Source of the DNA: Setoptus koraiensis
Taxonomy: Eukaryota; Animalia; Arthropoda
DNA: 64,000 nucleotides
Assembly: GCA_048013815.1 (NCBI GenBank)
Contig: CM106586.1
Location: 21,886,001 to 21,950,000, forward strand
Direction of reading: 5' to 3'
Part shown: positions 61,903-64,000 of the stretch, piece by piece
How the letters are laid out: the number at the start of each line of letters is the position of its first letter
How positions within the stretch are numbered: position 1 is the first letter of the stretch
Program-made: the position numbers and the translations under genes
Notes under the pieces: model-generated
Told to the model about the DNA's origin: nothing
The model's input: the letters and a program-made list of their open reading frames with translations, nothing else
Database searches by the model: none

Positions 61903-63762
61903 ATGGACACCTCCTTTGTGAGCAAAGAAAATCAAGCTGCTGCATCCTTCTACGACGCAGACTTGAGTGTCACCCTTGGTCCCCGGGAATGCTTCGAATT
62001 AGACTCTAGGGCCTCCAGAAGTTTAGACATTTTACCAGATCCGAAGCTACAGACAAGTAGGAAATATGCCTCCGTTTATTCGGTTCTCAATCAATGCCGC
62101 ACATTGTGCGGCCAAAAACTTCTCATGTACTGGATCAAGAGGCCATTGATTGATCGGGTCCGAATAGAGAAACGACAAAATATAGTACAGTACCTCATAG
62201 AAGATTCGGCTATCCGCCAATCTTGTCATGAAAATTTTCTCAGAAAGATGCCCGATCTACTAAAGATAGCCCATAACTTTGAAAAGCTAAAGGCCACCCT
62301 CACGGATATGGTCAAAGTGGACAGAGCACGCACAATGATGCTCAGCGTAATAGAACGACTGGAAGAAAACTCCGACAATCTACCAGTGGATGTTCAAGAG
62401 CTTTTGAACGCTATGAAAATATGCGTGAATAACCTGCAGAGTTTTTCCGAGCTTGTTGAGACCACCATCGATGCAGACAAGCTAGATCCAAACGGAAATT
62501 TTATGATCAAGTCAGACTTTGATGAGGATATAGCCAGAATATCAATTGAAATCAATGCCAAAGAAACCGAAGCCAAATCTATTCTGAAAAACGCCGCTAG
62601 AGATCTTGATCTAGAATATGATAAATCTATCAAACTAGAAACCGACCTATCGGTGGGATTCGCTCTTAAGGTCACCAGGAAGCAAGAGCAGGTATTAAGA
62701 GGAAGAGAAGATGATTATCACCCCCTGTCAAATGCAAAAAAAGATGGCGTCCGATTTACCTGCAAAGCATTGAGCCGCTTAAGCGATGACTATATAAATC
62801 TCCACAGAGAGTACAACAAAGCTTCCGAAGAAATCGTATTACAGATTCTCGAAACTGCTGCAGGTCACAAAGAACCAATCAGGAGTTTCGGTGTCACGGT
62901 GGCAATCTTGGATGTTTTCGTTTCTATGGCTGTCGTATCTTTCCAGAATGACTACGTTAGACCGAAAATTTTAGACAAAGGCGCTGGAAAAATAGTGATT
63001 GAAAGAATGAGACATCCCTGTCTAGAGAATCAACCAGATATAGAAAATTTTGTAGCTAACGATATCATGTTCAACAAAGACGATAAGAAATTCTTCATTA
63101 TCACCGGCCCCAACATGGGTGGGAAATCGACCTTCATAAAGTCGGTGGCGGTTTGTGTGCTCATGGCACAACTAGGTTGCCATGTGCCAGCCAAAGAAGC
63201 CGAGATATCCATAGTGGACAGTATACTAACACGAATTGGAGCGGGTGATAGACAGCTACAGGGTATTTCTACTTTTATGGACGAAATGTTGGATATGGCC
63301 GAAATACTCAAGAATGCAACAAGTGATTCCCTTGTGATAATAGACGAGCTGGGCAGAGGTACTTCTACTTTCGAGGGTTTCGGTTTGGCTTGGAGTATAT
63401 CAGAGCGTTTGGCCAAAGAGATCAATAGTTACACTTTGTTTGCCACTCATTTTCACGAGTTGACAGAACTGGAGAACGAGATAAAGTCGGTAGGTAATTT
63501 GAACATATTGGCTCATTGTGACCAGGACAAGCTAGTGATGTTGTATTCAGTTGAACCGGGTGTCTGCAAAGAAAGTTACGGTATCAACGTGGCCAAATAT
63601 ACTAACTTCCCAGAGCATGTTGTTAACGCCGCTCAAGAAAAGCTACAACAGTTTGAGGAGATAGCGGGTTTCAAGTCGAAGGAGGATGTACGAAGTTGCG
63701 TAAAGAGGATCGCCAAGATGCATCTAGAGAAACAGGAACAGGTTAGCGCGAAAGTCATTTAG
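61903..63762 (+). CDS. MSH2: MutS homolog 2 (mismatch repair), single 619-aa ORF; N-terminal domains I-II largely absent
   Basis: Walker A ITGPNMGGKST, DELGRGTSTFEGFGLAWSISE, FATHFHELT, and lever-domain LD..A...L..L / LNQCRT..GQ.LL..WIK.PL are all MSH2-type. The true start or upstream exons are unresolved; the frame is open back to 61,825. Confidence 0.95.
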   Translation: MDTSFVSKENQAAASFYDADLSVTLGPRECFELDSRASRSLDILPDPKLQTSRKYASVYSVLNQCRTLCGQKLLMYWIKRPLIDRVRIEKRQNIVQYLIEDSAIRQSCHENFLRKMPDLLKIAHNFEKLKATLTDMVKVDRARTMMLSVIERLEENSDNLPVDVQELLNAMKICVNNLQSFSELVETTIDADKLDPNGNFMIKSDFDEDIARISIEINAKETEAKSILKNAARDLDLEYDKSIKLETDLSVGFALKVTRKQEQVLRGREDDYHPLSNAKKDGVRFTCKALSRLSDDYINLHREYNKASEEIVLQILETAAGHKEPIRSFGVTVAILDVFVSMAVVSFQNDYVRPKILDKGAGKIVIERMRHPCLENQPDIENFVANDIMFNKDDKKFFIITGPNMGGKSTFIKSVAVCVLMAQLGCHVPAKEAEISIVDSILTRIGAGDRQLQGISTFMDEMLDMAEILKNATSDSLVIIDELGRGTSTFEGFGLAWSISERLAKEINSYTLFATHFHELTELENEIKSVGNLNILAHCDQDKLVMLYSVEPGVCKESYGINVAKYTNFPEHVVNAAQEKLQQFEEIAGFKSKEDVRSCVKRIAKMHLEKQEQVSAKVI

Positions 63763-63838
63763 GTCTATCAAGAGAGAAAGAAAATGGTTAAATGCTCTCA
63801 GAGGTTTGTTTGTGCCTTTGCTATGGATCTCTGCCACT

Positions 63839-63844
63839 AATAAA
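63839..63844 (+). terminator. Polyadenylation signal AATAAA of MSH2
   Basis: First AATAAA, 76 nt after the MSH2 stop. Confidence 0.55.
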
Positions 63845-63862
63845 GAACATCTGAGTGGTTAT

Positions 63863-63868
63863 TTTATT
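63863..63868 (-). terminator. Polyadenylation signal AATAAA of the Emc/Id-like gene
   Basis: Directly abuts the TAA stop on the - strand. Confidence 0.5.
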
Positions 63869-64000
63869 TTAAAGATTTATTTGAAAATCCTGTTCATTAG
63901 TGTCACAACTATTACTATTATTATTATCAATCACATTTGCCAAATATTTAATATACTCTATAACGCCTCTGATAACCTTGAGTTTGGTTAGCTTCTTGTC
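63869..64000 (-). CDS. emc: Partial (3' end) Emc/Id-family HLH protein: DKKLTKLKVIRGVIEYIKYLANVIDNNNSNSCDTNEQDFQINL*
   Basis: Manual translation from the window edge. The loop/helix-2 matches the Emc/Id pattern KLTKL.(I/V)I..VI(D/E)YI..L (Drosophila Emc NRKLTKLEIIQHVIDYICDL, recalled). TAA at 63,871-63,869 is followed immediately by AATAAA. The 5' part lies outside the window. Confidence 0.7.
   Translation of the reverse strand, partial: DKKLTKLKVIRGVIEYIKYLANVIDNNNSNSCDTNEQDFQINL

Noticed and set aside
60783-63425. ORFs antisense to or overlapping eIF5A and MSH2
   Set aside because: Shadow frames of the real genes.

Overview
Eukaryotic (animal, probably arthropod) DNA with three compositional zones. 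(1) About 1-57,800 is a GC/CpG-rich gene desert. I recognise no protein domain in it. It is full of CAA/CAG/TTG triplet tracts, 8-26 bp tandem duplications, short perfect inverted repeats and over-represented transcription-factor-type motifs (CAGGTGAG, the octamer ATGCAAAT, and a dense PAR-bZIP site cluster at 29-33 kb). (2) An AT-rich 2.07-kb insert (36,956-39,029) sits inside it, flanked by a perfect 13-bp direct repeat. It carries subterminal inverted repeats, a hairpin, a TATA+Inr promoter, a tRNA 3'-half fragment and a decayed ORF of unknown family. (3) A tightly packed block at about 60.8-64 kb holds intronless eIF5A (-), an MSH2 ORF (+) that lacks roughly the N-terminal 270 residues of human MSH2, and the 3' end of an Emc/Id-like HLH gene (-) that the ORF track missed. 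The intron-poor packing resembles miniaturised genomes such as eriophyoid mites (inference only). The strongest leads are the insert, the truncated MSH2 (with a possible +1 frameshift junction and a possible link to the repeat-rich landscape), and a set of perfect hairpins sharing a 44-50 nt spacer. All counts were made by eye. Expected counts are rough i.i.d. estimates assuming about 57% GC, and homology comparisons are from memory, not from database searches.
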